Shown: positions 12,431 to 26,076 of the stretch, in pieces | Position numbering within the stretch: position 1 is the first letter of the stretch | How the letters are laid out: each line of letters opens with the position of its first letter | Origin: Amphiura filiformis | Taxonomy: Eukaryota | Assembly (NCBI RefSeq): GCF_039555335.1 | Contig: NC_092646.1 | Coordinates: 36,987,911 to 37,051,910, forward strand | Reading direction: 5' to 3' | DNA length: 64,000 nt | Position numbers and translations under genes: made by a program | Notes under the pieces: model-generated | What the model saw: only the letters and a program-made list of their open reading frames with translations | Database searches by the model: none | What the model was told of the DNA's origin: nothing

Positions 12431-12797
12431 CCTTAAGGTGGTTTTGGAGGCATTTTCTAGAAATTAGGAAATACTTTGAGCATGTTTTAAACAGATTATT
12501 TGCGTAGGGTAAAGTACATTGATCAATATGCCTTTTGTTTGAAGTAAATCGGACATATTTTCTTTGTATCTCATTGTTTTTATCAATAATCAATATAGTT
12601 AATGAGCTAAAAGGAGTGTACATATAAAGGTTCATTTAAAATATGTAATTTTTGCCAATATTTTGCTAATGTATAAATGTTCACGGTACTTTTATTTTGC
12701 ATACTTTTGCCCTGAAGTCTTTACCCTGCTCAATTAATAGCTGTTTAAAACATGCTCAAAGCATTTTCTAATTTCTAGAAAATGCCTCCACCTTAAG
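12431..12797. mobile_element. MITE of ~365 bp with ~55-bp TIRs beginning cTTAAgg.
   Basis: cttaaggtggttttggaggcattttctagaaattaggaaatactttgagcatgttttaaacag at 12431-12493, and its reverse complement at 12735-12797. Confidence 0.8.
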
Positions 12798-15700
12798 ATA
12801 TCATTTAGTGAATGGATGGGAGATGACTAATGTGAAACCTAATATTTGTATGCCCTATATGTGCAAACAAAACTGAATACGCAAATGCTATTATCAGCCT
12901 TAGATATGATATATTTGGACAAAGAAATGGTCAATCTAATGGCCTATTACAAATGTTTACAGTAAAATGATTGTATAAACAATATGGCCACTTGACTTGT
13001 TATTAAAATAAATTTTTGTTTTTAATCAGGGCTGGAAAAATGTGAATTTCCGGTACCCAATAATTTAGTGAACCATATTTCCTGTGGGAATTTCGCAGCC
13101 CATGCGCCGCCTTAGCTGCACCAGGGAGGTGTCTGAGGGGGGATGTGGCCCCCTAAGAAGCTGAAATATTTATAGAAATGACACCAAATGATGCGATTTG
13201 GTGCATTCTTCATATTTTGGAGCCATGATCAATGTTGTGTGTTTAATTATTTAAAAAAGTTTTTGGCAACTTAGCACATGATCCTAGCACATCAGTATAG
13301 GTCCAGTGGTTCTCCAAATTGCCAAAACTTTGAAAAAAAAACCCCAAAAAACATTTTGTTTATTTTTTTTTAATTTATTTTTAAATTTTTTTTCGGAGAT
13401 CGCCCATGAGCTAATCAAATTTCTCGCCCGCGGCTGATTTACCCAGTTTTTCAAGGCCTGATTTTAATATTGAAATGGCATCTAGGTATATGGCATCAAT
13501 GTAAATGTACATTTGAAATATTATGGGCATAAAAAAAGTGATATCCATCAAAATATATATATGTATGAGAATCAAATTTTTGTTTTTCAATGCCTGAAGA
13601 TGAGAAGGTCCTTTTTTGGCATAGAGGAGCAAATATTTCTTGAATCTGGGTTCATCTGCAACTGCATTGTTTCACAGTTACAGGTGCAAGGCAGTGGCAA
13701 GGTTGAAATGTGTGGCGGTTATCAAAATGTGGGGGCAGCCAAAATACAAATGCACCAAAATTGAAATTAAGCTAGATAAAGAAAAGCATAACCAGAATAG
13801 AAATTCTGTGGATTGTCTATTATCATTATATTTGATCCGATCAAGCAAAATCACTATTCAGTCTGAAATGCCCAGGTCCAATGCTCCACATTAGCGAAAA
13901 CCCGGCTTGTGCATTTATAGACACATCAACATCTCAGTAGAAGTGCATTACTTTCAATCTCATTTAAGTAATACACAGTTATTAACCTATATTCCTTACA
14001 TGTAAATACATTATCTAATGGCCCAGGAGATGGAAGGACAACTAATTTGAGGCCATTTTCAACAAACTCAGAGCAGTTTTCATTTTCAAACCCATGTGGA
14101 GCCAAAATTTGACCTATGATGTCACAATGTTACCTCTTTGTGCCATAACTCCATAACAAAACATTGTAGATAGGACAAACTATACTTATTGTAAATTCTT
14201 ATGACTAGAGGAACGAACGCATGTATAATATTATTTTAAACCAAGTTTGAGCAATTTTGAACTTGACCCCTGTGTAAAGTTCAACAACCTTTTTCCACTG
14301 TGCTGTTGAAATGCTTCCGTCACCTGAAGTGACTTTGCATGTAAAAGTGAGTGAATTTGGGCTGTAAAGCCTCAAAACAGGCTGAAAATAAATGAAAGTG
14401 CAGAAATTTGGAGTAACAAAATGTAGGAAATCAAGCAATGGCCTAAAGGCAGACCTGTATATCACTGCTATTAAAGGATGATTAGTACTACAGGCACTGT
14501 ATCTCTGCCAAATTTAACATTCGGGTTAACATTATTTGCAGGCCTGTAGCAAGGATTTTGTGTGTGTGTGTGGGGGGGGGTGCTGATTTTGAAAAAGTGG
14601 ACTTTTCCAAGGGGGAATTCTGTGTGAAAAGTAGACTTTCTGTAGACGCCTGATTATTTGTACGATAGTTACAGGAATCTATTTCTTGGAATTTTACAAA
14701 ATAAAAAGAACCAACAGATGTGGTGTGCTCGCTGATCAAAATTCAATATATATCATTTTTCAATTGATCACTAACATGTTTACTGAACCATAAATGATAA
14801 CACAGTTTCCATTCATAAATCTGCGAATATTGGTGTTAAAAAAATAGTTTGTTTGGCTTTTTCTCTTGGAATATCTACAGATACTAGTCTTGCACACCAA
14901 GGGCAGCTACATATATGTACAGTACAGGCCTATTTATTTAGAAGACCTTCTCCTTGACTTACAATGTGTACTCTGATTGGCAAACACAGAATCCTGCCAG
15001 TGCTTTTGATAAAAAATGTACAAACGAAATGCAAACTAACTGATTGTGAGATATATACAAATGTATGCTTGTGATAAATATTTTTTTTATATGGCTGCAT
15101 AACAGACAAGGTCAACATAATGTGATGCGATCAAGCAAAATCAGTCAGAACTCGGCAATCCTAGTTTTGAGATATGGGCCAAATAATGTGTGTAGGGGTG
15201 GAAAAAAATAAAAATTGACATTTTGCAAAAATGTGAGGGAAAAACATTCTTCTTTCACTTAAAAATATTTTTTGATGAAATTCCGAAGGGAAAACATTAA
15301 AAAAGTACATATTTTGACCCCTGTCCAACTTCGATAATTGTCAAAAATCGTGAAATTATTCCAAAAGAAGCTCGGATTTTAAAATGTTACAAATTTTACG
15401 AGTGCGATGGATGCATGAAATTCTTACTCTCGCAAATATTTCTGTTTTCTAGGAAATCATCATAAAATTGAAAAATTACACAAAAATTATTTGCTGTAAA
15501 AATGATCATTCAACGTAAAAGTCATGTATGCACGCTTTTGTTGCCTGGTCCAAACGAAAGACCTGTGTTATGTTTAGCGTTAGGGTTAATAAGCCTATAT
15601 TTTCTTTCATTGAGACATGCTTAACCCTAACTCTATGAAATCTTACAAAGCAAAATGACTGTGCATGCATGCATCCCATATGATGCCATGATGCAATCAG

Positions 15701-15944
15701 CCCAATTCATGTATGCAGTTTTATTGGCCGGGCCAGCGAAAGACCTGTGCCTACCGGTCAATGATCTAGTGCTTAGTACCCAAAGGATCTAAGGTTTGAA
15801 TCCCGGGGTGCCAAATAACTTCTTTGTTCATCTTCTCTCCTTTTTTGTTCCTTCCTTCCTTTCCGATAGCCAAAAACTACTTTTAGCGTTTGTTTTAAAA
15901 TTGTTACATTATCATTTTATGCTTTTGTTTTTCTGTTCTTGCAG

Positions 15945-16019
15945 GCCACTATATGGGTATCATTCCAAAGAGCAGCAGTTTCTCAAAATATACTTCTACA
16001 ACCCACTTATGGTCAAAAG
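15945..16019 (+). CDS. REV3L: REV3L-like exon: (M)PLYGYHSKEQQFLKIYFYNPLMVK(R)
   Basis: Acceptor ttcttgcag| and donor AAAAG|gtaagt. Matches human PFYGYHEKERHFMKIYLYNPTMVKR. Phase is consistent with the flanking exons. Confidence 0.88.
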
Positions 16020-16479
16020 GTAAGTTTTTGCATATGGTATCCACATCTAGACTCAAAAGAGACTGAGAATTCTGGCATATTAATTATAGGTTAAGGAGGA
16101 TTTCGTGATCCTAGCACCCTCTTTATAAGACATTTTTCACGAAAAAAGCTTAATCTCAAAATTTCAGTTGAATCCGATTTTGCGTTTGTGAGTTATGCAT
16201 GATTATGTGTATCACACTGCTCCATAGGCCACTGTTGTAATTTCGTTCTGGTATACCAGAACAAAATTCAAAATTTGACGATATTTATGAAAATCCCCTC
16301 CAGTCCGAGCTCTTGCCCCCCCCCCCCCAGTAAAAACCCAAAATTGCAAAAATTGCTGCCAAAAGTGGAAATTGATTTTGTCCACCCTTGAAATTCACTT
16401 TTCCCCCTCAATGCCCCCCTCCCAAAAAAATCCTGGTGCCGCCACTGATAATGCATGCAAAGATTTCATTGAAATTATA

Positions 16480-17130
16480 TTAGACTTGATGTGGAAACCT
16501 TTCCAAAGGGGAAAAAGTTTCAGTTTTGGTTTCTAGCAAGTTACATTGTGATTGTGTTATGAACTAATCAAAGGTCACAAACACTATGGACCACAACGGC
16601 CTCATCCTAATGGTATAGTTCAATAACCTCAATTAAACAATCATAGTGCAAAATTTGACCTCAAGTTACAGAGTATGAGTTTTTGTACTCAAATTTTCAA
16701 AGGTCATTCAATGAATGTACAAATGTATTGGGGTTAAAGAACTGTGCCCTGATAGATGACCATGATGTGGATCCTAGTGAGACTTGATGTGGAAACCTTT
16801 CCAAAGGGGAAAAAGTTTCAGTTTTGGTTTCTAGCAAGTTGTTTTTTTGATTGTGTAACTTATGAACTACTAGTAATCAAAGGTCACAAACACCATCTAT
16901 GATTGATCATGGAAGTATACACTAGGATCCATCGCATGCTCATCTATCAGGGGCACAGTTCTTTAACACCAATACATTTGTACATTCATTGAATGACCTT
17001 TGAAAAATTGGGTATAAAAACTCATACTCTGCAACTTGAGGTCAAATTTTGCAATATTAGTGTTTAATTGAGCTAGGTTATTGAACTACTGTATGCCATT
17101 GGGATGAGGCTATTGTGGTCCATAGTGATA
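16480..17130. repeat. Nested direct-plus-inverted repeat complex.
   Basis: The ~60-bp segment agacttgatgtggaaacctttccaaaggggaaaaagtttcagttttggtttctagcaagtt occurs directly at 16484 and 16783. 16600-16750 is the reverse complement of ~16960-17110. Confidence 0.7.
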
Positions 17131-18599
17131 AAGTTTTGATGGATTGATTTCTGTTGGTTTCTAAATACGATTTGGCCTTGAAACTACAACAAAGCATGTG
17201 CGATCTTTGACCTAGTTTGTTTGTCAACTTATTCGTAACTTGCAGGTATGAGAATTTTTAGGTTTAAACCTGAATTTAGGCACTGTTTTTTTGCCAAAAT
17301 GTATGCATTTTTAGGTTGTCTGAAAGAAAAGACCACTATTATACCATTTGTGCACTTGTTGCAGTCTAAACGGGTACCTTCAAAATAACAATGCACAAAT
17401 ATTTTAAAGGTCAATTTAAAGATCCTGGAATGGCAAATGTAAAAATAAGGGAAATATTTCAAAATATGCAGGCAACCATCGATAAAAATAAATGTAGGAA
17501 GATTCGCGAGACCTTTCGCTATTGTACTATCATGGTTATAATCAATCAGCGATTGAGCTAGGCTGGTTATGAACCACCGTTATTGTGACTTCTGACCAGA
17601 ATGATGTCATTTTTACCCACAATGCATTGCGGCCGTGATCAGAAACAAAGAAAAACAATTCACTTCCAGTAATTTTATAACGCCAGTATTTCTTATGGCA
17701 AAGCTTGGCTGATTGTGAAAATGACATTGCCATTCTCGGAAACCTTTCCAAATCATTTCCACTAGTTTAAAAGTCCTGCAGACCCCCGGAAGTATTTCTA
17801 ATTATGATCAGAAACAATACATTAATTCACCGTAACTTTGGAAGGAAATATGAGGGAATTTGATCAGGTTTTCGCTAATAATAATCAACTCGGACTCGGA
17901 AACACAGTAACACTATCAAAGAACATGTGACCGATACAAATGGGCAGTATTGGGCGCAACAGTCTCTTATACATCCCTTTCCGGTGCGGGTCACTCAGGG
18001 TAACCTTGGTGTCCATTTGTGTGACAATGTCAGTGAATCAATGATCGATGAGCTGTAGCGGAGTTCACATAACCATGCTAAGGCAGTGTTGGAGTGACCG
18101 TTCTCATAAAATCCATGAAGTGATGACTCGCGTTAAATAGCGTAAATGGCTTATCCCTCTCGAGTGGATTAGGACTTTTTTGTTGGCTATCCTTCTATAA
18201 TCTTGATGATTAAACATATCTGAACCTGTGCGATGGTGCATGGGCAGACACACACAATTCTTCACATGTGGGTGGAAATACATCAATAATGCTGTTGTTG
18301 TTGAAGTTATAATAATAGTTGTATGGTTCATAATTTTTCATATATAGAACACATTAAACATGCATGGATATGCACTGTAAGTGTGTACAGACAAAATCTT
18401 ACACTTGTGTGGGAAATATGGTATTTTTAGTACATGTACAAGTGTCAAGGTCGGGGGCACTTAAATTTAGTGCCAAAAATATGAGTAAGAAAGGACGTTT
18501 TTCATTGGCAAGCAATATATTTGCGTATCGTTAAGGTGTCAAAAAAACAACTTACGTATGTTTGACCACAGGGTCTATGGTTTGACAAGACCTCAAACA

Positions 18600-18828
18600 G
18601 GGCTCGAAATAAGGAGGCCCCCAAAAATCAGCGAGGGCCCACAAAAGACACAACTGGCGGGCCCAAATGGCCTGCAAAATTTGTGGCAATTTGCTCACTC
18701 TTTTGTGAGGTTCATAGGTTAAAACCAATGGCCCAAAGTCGGGCCCACAAAAATTATTGTGGGCCCTCAAACATTTAAGATAAATGGCCCTCAGAAATTC
18801 TGGCTTATTTCGAGGCCTGCCTCAAACA
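18600..18828. mobile_element. Short TIR element with a 9-bp target-site duplication CCTCAAACA.
   Basis: cctcaaaca|gggctcgaaataagg ... gcttatttcgaggcctg|cctcaaaca. Interior gggcccacaa repeats. A 9-bp TSD suggests Mutator-like origin (inference). Confidence 0.6.
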
Positions 18829-18892
18829 TGAAACATAAAAAGTACATCATTTATTTAAGGTTTCAAAAATGTCAAAAATCATGAAAAAAATG

Positions 18893-19095
18893 TCAAGGGA
18901 CATGAACATGAAACATAAAAAATGGCATAATATTGACCATTTTTCGCTGTTGTATAAACTTGTAGGGAGTAAACTCAAAAATGTCAAAAATCAGAAGAAA
19001 ATGTAAATTTGAAGGGACATGAACATGAAACATAAAAAATGGCATTATATTGACCATTTTCCGCTGTTGTAACTTGTAGGGAGTAAACTTGAACA
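18893..19095. repeat. Tandem duplication, ~120-bp unit x2.
   Basis: gggacatgaacatgaaacataaaaaatggcat(a/t)atattgaccattttt..gctgttgta...cttgtagggagtaaact. The supplied ORF 18893..19243 (-) is an artefact of this repeat. Confidence 0.8.
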
Positions 19096-19789
19096 AAACA
19101 TGTGTTAAAGGTAGGCCTATAATGGTAGACCTGTAAAAATACTTGTTTAGAGTCGGTTTTGAAAGTACGGTACCATAAAAGTGGAAAATTTTGCGCTCAA
19201 TTTTTTGATCTAAAATTTTTGTCATCCAAAAATGGAGACCCAAAATTTTCCAAATGTCTGGTCAGTCGGGTAAGGGCAACACAAAAATTTTGTTTGGGCC
19301 TAAAATTGTAACAGTCATCTGTATTGCTTGTAAAGTACATGTAGCACATTAAACATACATGAATGTGTGCGACAGTGCACATGCCGACAGAAGGGGTGTG
19401 TGTGCATATGTGTGAAATTGATTGCTAAATTAATGTGAATTTCCATGCAAGAGATCATTGATGATTCAATGAAGCTCTCTAATTTTGCATTGTTGGTAGT
19501 CGATTGTATCGGTATTTTGTCCATTGTGCAGAGTATATAAATATTGTACTGTAGATGCAGGTGATAAAATTAATTGTTTTCTTTGCCAATTTGAAGGAAA
19601 AAAATTTCATTTTTCATAGTATTTCATTCCAGAATATTTTTAAATTTTGTTAAATTTTAAGTGCTGTGATCTAATCCTATGTATGGTATTACAAACCGGG
19701 CTATTATGAGTCTCAGAGCCATGAATCTGTATTATTTCATTTCAGCATTTTTTACTTAATGTTGTAAATATTTGTTTGTTTGTTTTTAG

Positions 19790-19871
19790 AGCGGTTGATT
19801 TACTACAAACTGGGGCTGTTATGAATAACGTCTTTCAACCATATGAAGCACACGTTCCTTTCATCCTACAG
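19790..19871 (+). CDS. REV3L: REV3L-like exon: (R)AVDLLQTGAVMNNVFQPYEAHVPFILQ
   Basis: Acceptor tgtttttag| and donor CAG|gtgagt. Matches human ICELLQSGAIMNKFYQPHEAHIPYLLQ. Confidence 0.85.
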
Positions 19872-19890
19872 GTGAGTAGCTATTACACTT

Positions 19891-20150
19891 AAAATCCACA
19901 CTCCCCCTTTGGAAGATTTTGGAAATATCTACCACAGGGGGAGTATGAATTTCAAATGGAATGAACATTTTAGGCAATTCCATTTGAATTTCATACACCC
20001 TCTAAGAAAGAGTCAACCTGTATCTTTCACAGAGGGAGGGTGAATTTCAAATAGATCTACTAATGTGTTCATTCCATTTGAAATTCATACTCCCCCTGTG
20101 GAAGATATTTCCAAAATCTTCCACAAGTGGAGTGTGGATTTTAAGTGGAA
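19891..20150. repeat. Hairpin-repeat family H, 3 units.
   Basis: Each unit has the form attccatttgaaattcatactccccctgtggaagat - loop (atttccaaa) - atcttccacagggg.agtgtg.atttcaaatggaat, giving a ~35-bp perfect stem. The locus starts 20 bp after the donor of exon 19790-19871. Confidence 0.85.
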
Positions 20151-20670
20151 AAGCATGTCTTCCCAAATTCCTTTGAAAGTTTTAAGAACAAAAAGGGTGA
20201 CATGCTTGAACCTTCAAAGACCCTTGTTGATTCAACTTTGCAAAAGATTCAGAAATAAAAAACCCTCCCAAATATCTTATTTGGAGTACACCGCTTGTGT
20301 GGGAGTTTTATAAAGTCACATCTTCCATTGGACATGCTTCACTAGCCTCACCTGAACCAGGGACTGTCTTTTGGAATTTGAAGGAGAGCATTAAATAGCT
20401 CTTCTGGAGCCTTCAAGGAGAGCTGTTTCGAGCATTTACAATAGAATGTAAGGGGAGAATGGTCAACTAAGGAGAGCTAAAAATCACTCACCTATGTCAG
20501 ATTTAAGGAGAGCAGTAGAGTAATGATTGCTATCGCTCTCCTCAAAAGGCAGTACCTGCTGAACACAGTCAATTCAGTTGTACAATTTTCCAAGAGACAT
20601 ACTCATATTCAACAAAATCTACTTATCATCATGATCATTGAGCACAATAAATTATAAACATGTTCAACAG

Positions 20671-20950
20671 GCTATTCCATTTCAAATTCACACTACCCCT
20701 GTGGGAGATTTAGTTTAAGTCTGCTACAGAGGGAGTATCAATTTTGAATAGAATAGGCAGTTCACAGTTGGGTAACTTCCATTTGAAATACTCACTCCAG
20801 TTGTGGAAGATATAAGTAAAACCATCATATGGGGGAGTAAGCATTTCAAAATAATTAACTCTGACCAATTACTTTTGTAAAACATACTCCCTCTGTGGAA
20901 GATATTTCCAAAATCTTTCACAGGGGTAGTATGGATGTCATATGGCATAG
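20671..20950. repeat. Family H, 3 units.
   Basis: Same ccctgtggaagat / atcttccacaggg core. Confidence 0.8.
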
Positions 20951-22039
20951 TGTATTGGACAGGCAGGTGCTGGGAAAATAGATGGACTTCCAGGTATTCA
21001 CTCAGCACTTTACAGAACTAATTTTAGCCAGAAACCTTTTGAAAAAATATTATTTTCAACACGACTGCTTGGATGTAAAACCAGCCACTAAAAGCAAAAT
21101 TGATAAAGACTAGTAACTTGTGATGCTATTTGGAATGGTGTTATCTGTGGCAAAATAAAATGAAATCCTCACAAAAAGAAAGTCCCCCACTTCCAGCAAA
21201 ATGTGTTAAATTATATATTAATTTGAGCCAAACTGAACCATTTTGAAAAAAAAAAAGGAATTCAAATTGTCTATGTATTATACATAGACCATTTTGAAAA
21301 AAAAAAAAATCAAATTGTCTATGTATTTTATATTTCTACATAGCTCAATCCTAATCGTTTATTTAGTACTAACTGGAGATAACAGAAAAAGTTCACTATT
21401 CGACTTAATTTCTTGAAAAAAGAGTCAAAAACATGCATTTTCAGCATGTTTTCTGACAACCGAGTTACAAATATCAAAGGCTTGGGACACTTTTTTGTGT
21501 TACTTTAATTAAATGATTGGTTATAAGAATGGAAGATGTCTTTTCCAAAAATTAGTGCCAAGTTTTTAGTTGTTGGACCAATTGAAGTACTACATTTCTG
21601 TAGAGTTCAACACAGTCTCAGACCTGCCAACTGTCCGCATTTTGCGGGACAGTCCCGCAAGATTCGAAGTTTAAAACCCGAAAATGCGGGCGCCCCGCAT
21701 TCCGCATTTCCGTCCATTGAAAAAAATCATTAAAAAAACCAACAAATTGTCCGATATCGTCTGGCACGAAAGAATTGCGGCGGCGCTATACCTATTTAAA
21801 TGCATTGAAAATGTGGTGGCGCTATTAAAAGCCTGATTAGCACGTGCTTGCGTGTTAAATTCACGTTGCCCATTGTAAATACATTGGATATGTATGAGCG
21901 TTGCCATTAAAAGGAGGCTATTATTTTAGCCTCATCGCTTGGTGCATGGTTCATTGATGCAACATTGTATAACCGATGAATTGCGTATCTTTTTCGGATT
22001 GGTGAAGAGGTTATTTTCAGCTTTTCACTGTGTCAATGT

Positions 22040-22130
22040 TTCCGAATTCGGAAGGTTCGTCGTAATTTCGTTGGAATTTTGGAAGAATTTCGTTGGAATT
22101 TTGGAAGAATTTCGTTGGAATTTAATTCAG
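22040..22130. repeat. 22-bp microsatellite-like tandem repeat x ~3.5.
   Basis: (gaatttcgttggaattttggaa)n. Confidence 0.85.
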
Positions 22131-22444
22131 AATGGCTACCAAAGCAAGCAATAAGAGAGGTTGCAGTTATACGAAAGACTATTCTGTGCAATTTCCGTGC
22201 ATGAATACCATTTCGTAACATGTTTACAAGTGCCAAAACCCATCAGCTTCCCCTGGACCCCCACCAGGGGCCCTAAGGCGGGCTCCTGGACCCCAACCGT
22301 TCGCCGTGCGTGCTTCGCACGCGCACATTGTCACTAAATTTTTAGTGTCCCGCATTTGGACTTTCAGGGGTTGGCAGGTCTGCAGTCTGTTTGTTTCTGA
22401 TCACCATTTTTTAAACATTCATATTGTATTGCTTTCCTCCACAG

Positions 22445-22529
22445 TTTTTAATGGACTACAATTTGTATGGCATGAACATGCTCAATGTAGCTGCTGTCAA
22501 GTTCAGGAAAACAGAAGAAGATAAACAAG
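22445..22529 (+). CDS. REV3L: REV3L-like exon: FLMDYNLYGMNMLNVAAVKFRKTEEDKQ
   Basis: Acceptor ttcctccacag| and donor CAAG|gtatat. Matches human LFIDYNLYGMNLINLAAVKFRKARRKSN. Ends in phase 1. Confidence 0.85.
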
Positions 22530-22537
22530 GTATATAA

Positions 22538-22755
22538 TTAACCCCATGAGAACTACCTGCTGATTGGTCAAAAAGAAGTTTTCATTATCAATTGGACCAA
22601 TCAGCAGCAACATTGTTAAAATAATTTCACCACACAAAATAATTGGGGTGAATTATTTTCAAAGCTCCATTCTGATTGGTGATTAAAATGAAGATATCAT
22701 GTTATTGACCAATCAGAGGCAATGTTAGATCGGCAGGTAGTGCACAGGGTGTTAA
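22538..22755 (+). mobile_element. Same MITE family, full length, flanked by TTAA on both sides.
   Basis: ttaaccccatgagaactacctgctgattgg ... gatcggcaggtagtgcacagggtgttaa. It starts 9 bp after the donor of exon 22445-22529. Confidence 0.85.
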
Positions 22756-24662
22756 ACACAGATTTATCTGGTTTGTAGATATTTAATTATAATTTGGAAT
22801 TTTCATCTTTCAAAACCAAAATATTGACACTGACCACAGTTTTGTACGTCTTGGACGACACACTTCTTCAGAGTAATTATTGGTATCCCATCCTCAATGC
22901 TGGTGGTAACAGCTCCATCCTGAGAGTGCATGGGTTTTGAGGGTGCAGCACCAAAGGGGCTCCAAAAATATAATCTACTTATTCCACAGGAATATTTGTA
23001 TTATAAAAGGAATTTCAATATTTTGTAGCTTCCAAATTCTCTTTCAGATATGTAAATTTTAATATTTTTGTGTGTGTGGAAGTTAAATGTTTATGATAAG
23101 AGTAATAGTAACTAGGAAAAAGCAATAGACCTTTTCATACTAAGTAATCCCGATAAAACCCGAAGCATGAAATAATTTCCTCAATCGCGCGCGCATAAAC
23201 GTACCTCTTCAGCATCATGTACAGTGCAAAGGTCCAATGTGTAACAGGCATCATAAACTACGACGAACTTTCGACGGTCAATCTATGGAAGAGGGAGGTA
23301 CTTTTGCCAAGGATACTCAACGTGCAATCAAGCGTGTGGGGGTAGTGTTGTGTAAGAGACTGACTGTGGAAGAGGTGATACACATAAGCAAAACGTTCTG
23401 TAAAAAAATTAACTGACGAAAATGACGGAGATTTGTCCATTTCTTTCCATTAGTATCTTATTGTGAAAAACCAAGTACCTGAGGTGTTAGCTCAATATGC
23501 TAGGAAAATATATCTATATTTCCCCATGTTCACATTGGCTTAATAAGCTGTATTTTCGCACAAAAGGGTGTCGTAATTCATGACATTTCTTGTCCGCCAG
23601 TTTGGGTACAATTTGACCCCCTAGCTTACTGAATAAATAGCGCGGTTTTCCGAACTTTTCCGATCTTGATTTGAAAAGTCTTTGGCATATTGGCTAAATA
23701 ATAATGAGCATATGATTGGAATTTCATTTTTAACCACAAATAGCTGCATTAAAACATGGAGAAAATAATATTAATGAAAAGAAGTGAATGAGAATGGACT
23801 GGACATAAAAGTAATTAAACCAAACATATTCTACTAAAACCAATTACATAAATTGACATTTTATACCAATAAATAGCAGTGGCAATGAAGCGTATATCTT
23901 TTCTGGTGTTTTTCTGTTGAACATCATTCACAGCATATTATAAAAATTAGAATTGCATAATGAAATTCATGCTGAATTGTTTTAAACAATTCAGCTTAAA
24001 AGCCATATGTAATGTACATCTGTTTAAAAATAAAATTGTTTTAAACCTGATGTTTTGGCATATTTGAAATGTTTACACATGTCCGCACTTTACACGTAAT
24101 TGAAATATACCAAATTCATTGGGTTTGTAGTACGCAGGTCATTAACATCATCATGATTTTGTGGAGCTTACATACTTTTTGATTCCTTGTCCATTCTCAT
24201 TGTGTAATATGTTTGTTTAGAACTGTGCCCATTGGAATGATTTTAAAATTGCGACCTGATTGACAAGTGTCACCAAACCATCAGTCGAAAGTGTGACAGT
24301 ATAAAAATTAGGGAATTAAAAGAGGATATATCATAGCTACCAGGGATCGTTATTTTGCTGAGCGATGCTCGCATTTATGCAATGAAATACAAGCTTATAA
24401 TCTTGGTGAAATATGCATGTAATTTGGTCTAGGTAATTTTTCCAAGTTGTAAGTGTTAATTTATGTATAAAAATACCCTCTAAATGTGCCCAAAACCAGG
24501 AGCTTCGACTAGAATCCCCTGCACCCCCACCAGGGTCCCCGGCCTTTGTATGGATTGTCTCCGAGTAGCTTCCAGATTTTTTAGAAATCCTCAATCACAC
24601 CCCTGTGTAAATAACCATAAAGCAATTCAAAGTCTCAATTTTTTTTCCATGTCCACATGTAG

Positions 24663-24798
24663 AATCATCAGAACCCCTGTCAGGAAGTAGCAAGCATTCT
24701 GGGAGTAGTGATGATACATTGAACCAATCCACCCAAGGCAGTGGGTCATCGAGGTCAAGCGTAAACAGGCATGTGTGGACCAAAGACACCATACCCAG
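24663..24798 (+). CDS. REV3L: REV3L-like exon: ESSEPLSGSSKHSGSSDDTLNQSTQGSGSSRSSVNRHVWTKDTIP-
   Basis: Acceptor ccacatgtag| and donor CCCAG|gtaaga. Phase 1 in and phase 2 out are consistent. Weak similarity to human ...LFRWEQDEIPS. Confidence 0.7.
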
Positions 24799-24830
24799 GT
24801 AAGAGCTTCAACCTCTTTACTGTAACGGGA

Positions 24831-25235
24831 CTATTCCAGTTGAAATCCTGACACCCATAGGAAGACATGACCTTAATCTCCCACACAGGGGGTGTAGATT
24901 GAAATTCACACAAGCTGTATGGGAGATTAAAGGCATTTCTTGCATAGGGGTTGTATTGATTTCAAGTGGAATCTCTTTGAAGGAACTAAAGTAAATTCTA
25001 AAAACTTGGTCAGTGATGTAATGAAACACTTGCCCGATGGCCCCAATGGCTCACCACCCAGTTCAAATCCATACACCCTCTAAGGAATACAAGACCTTAA
25101 TATTCCAAGTAGGGGAGTGTAGATTTCAAACGGAGTCACCCATTCTGGTAACCCAATTTGAAATTCACACTCCCTCTGTGGAAGATAAAAGCCATGTCTT
25201 CCATAGGGGGTGTAAAGATTTCAACTGGAATAGCA
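24831..25235. repeat. Family H, ~5 units, of the atgaccttaat-loop subtype.
   Basis: Starts 33 bp after the donor of exon 24663-24798. The ORFs 25037..25420 (+) and 24817..25029 (-) are artefacts. Confidence 0.8.
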
Positions 25236-26076
25236 TCAAGTGTGTAAAATTACAGGTTAATCCGGACAGAGGTGTAGGGCTGTTACTCAGAAACTCCTAT
25301 CCATGTTTAGGGGCTGATTTGACAGTTCGGGACCCATGTTTAGGGATTTTCTTTACCCAAAAAACGGCCGAGTTGACAGTTTTTGACCATTTTTTATCAA
25401 ATTTGGACCCATATATATAGGTATTTATCTTCTCAAATCTGGACCCATGTTTAGAGTTTTCTTCAAAAAAGTAACCCTCTAGAGCGAGCGGCACATCCCT
25501 GTATACCTTACTTACATGAGTACCCCACCCCCGGTTAATATGCCCAACAATAGGGTGATTGTCATTTTGAAGCCTACCATTAAAAAAATCAAAGAAGAGG
25601 TGAAAGAAAGATTTATGAAAGCAGTATCCTGAATTCCCCATATGCTTCTCCAGTTGAATAAAAATCAGCCAAGATGATCAGGTGTCCCACATCTACTAGT
25701 ACCAGTGCAATCATTTCCTGTGAAATTTACATTATCTTTTTGTAAATTTTGCATTTTCTTTCATTCCAATATACCACTGGATACCAGTTTTGTCATAATT
25801 TAAAGACCATAGGCTGAATAAACCAAGATGATCAGGTGTCCCATATCGACTAGTACCAGTGCAATAATTTCCTGTGAAATTTATACATTATCTTTACGAA
25901 AATTTGCATTTTCATTCATTTCAATATATACCACCGGATACCAGTTTTGTCATAATTTAAAAGACCATCGGTTGAATTACTAAATAATTGGATATGTTAG
26001 TGTTAGTCATTTTTAATTTTGTTATTTTTCTGAGTATTTTCATTTGCAGTTTCAAACAGCTGCACACACACATCGG

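Noticed and set aside
25037-25641. ORFs of 127 and 114 aa (25037..25420 + and 25297..25641 -), plus 28349..28756 (-) and 38508..38894 (+).
   Set aside because: They lie within or adjacent to hairpin-repeat arrays. The peptides are repeat translations (FEIHTPSVED, FKWNS motifs recur at every locus), and there is no splice or homology support.
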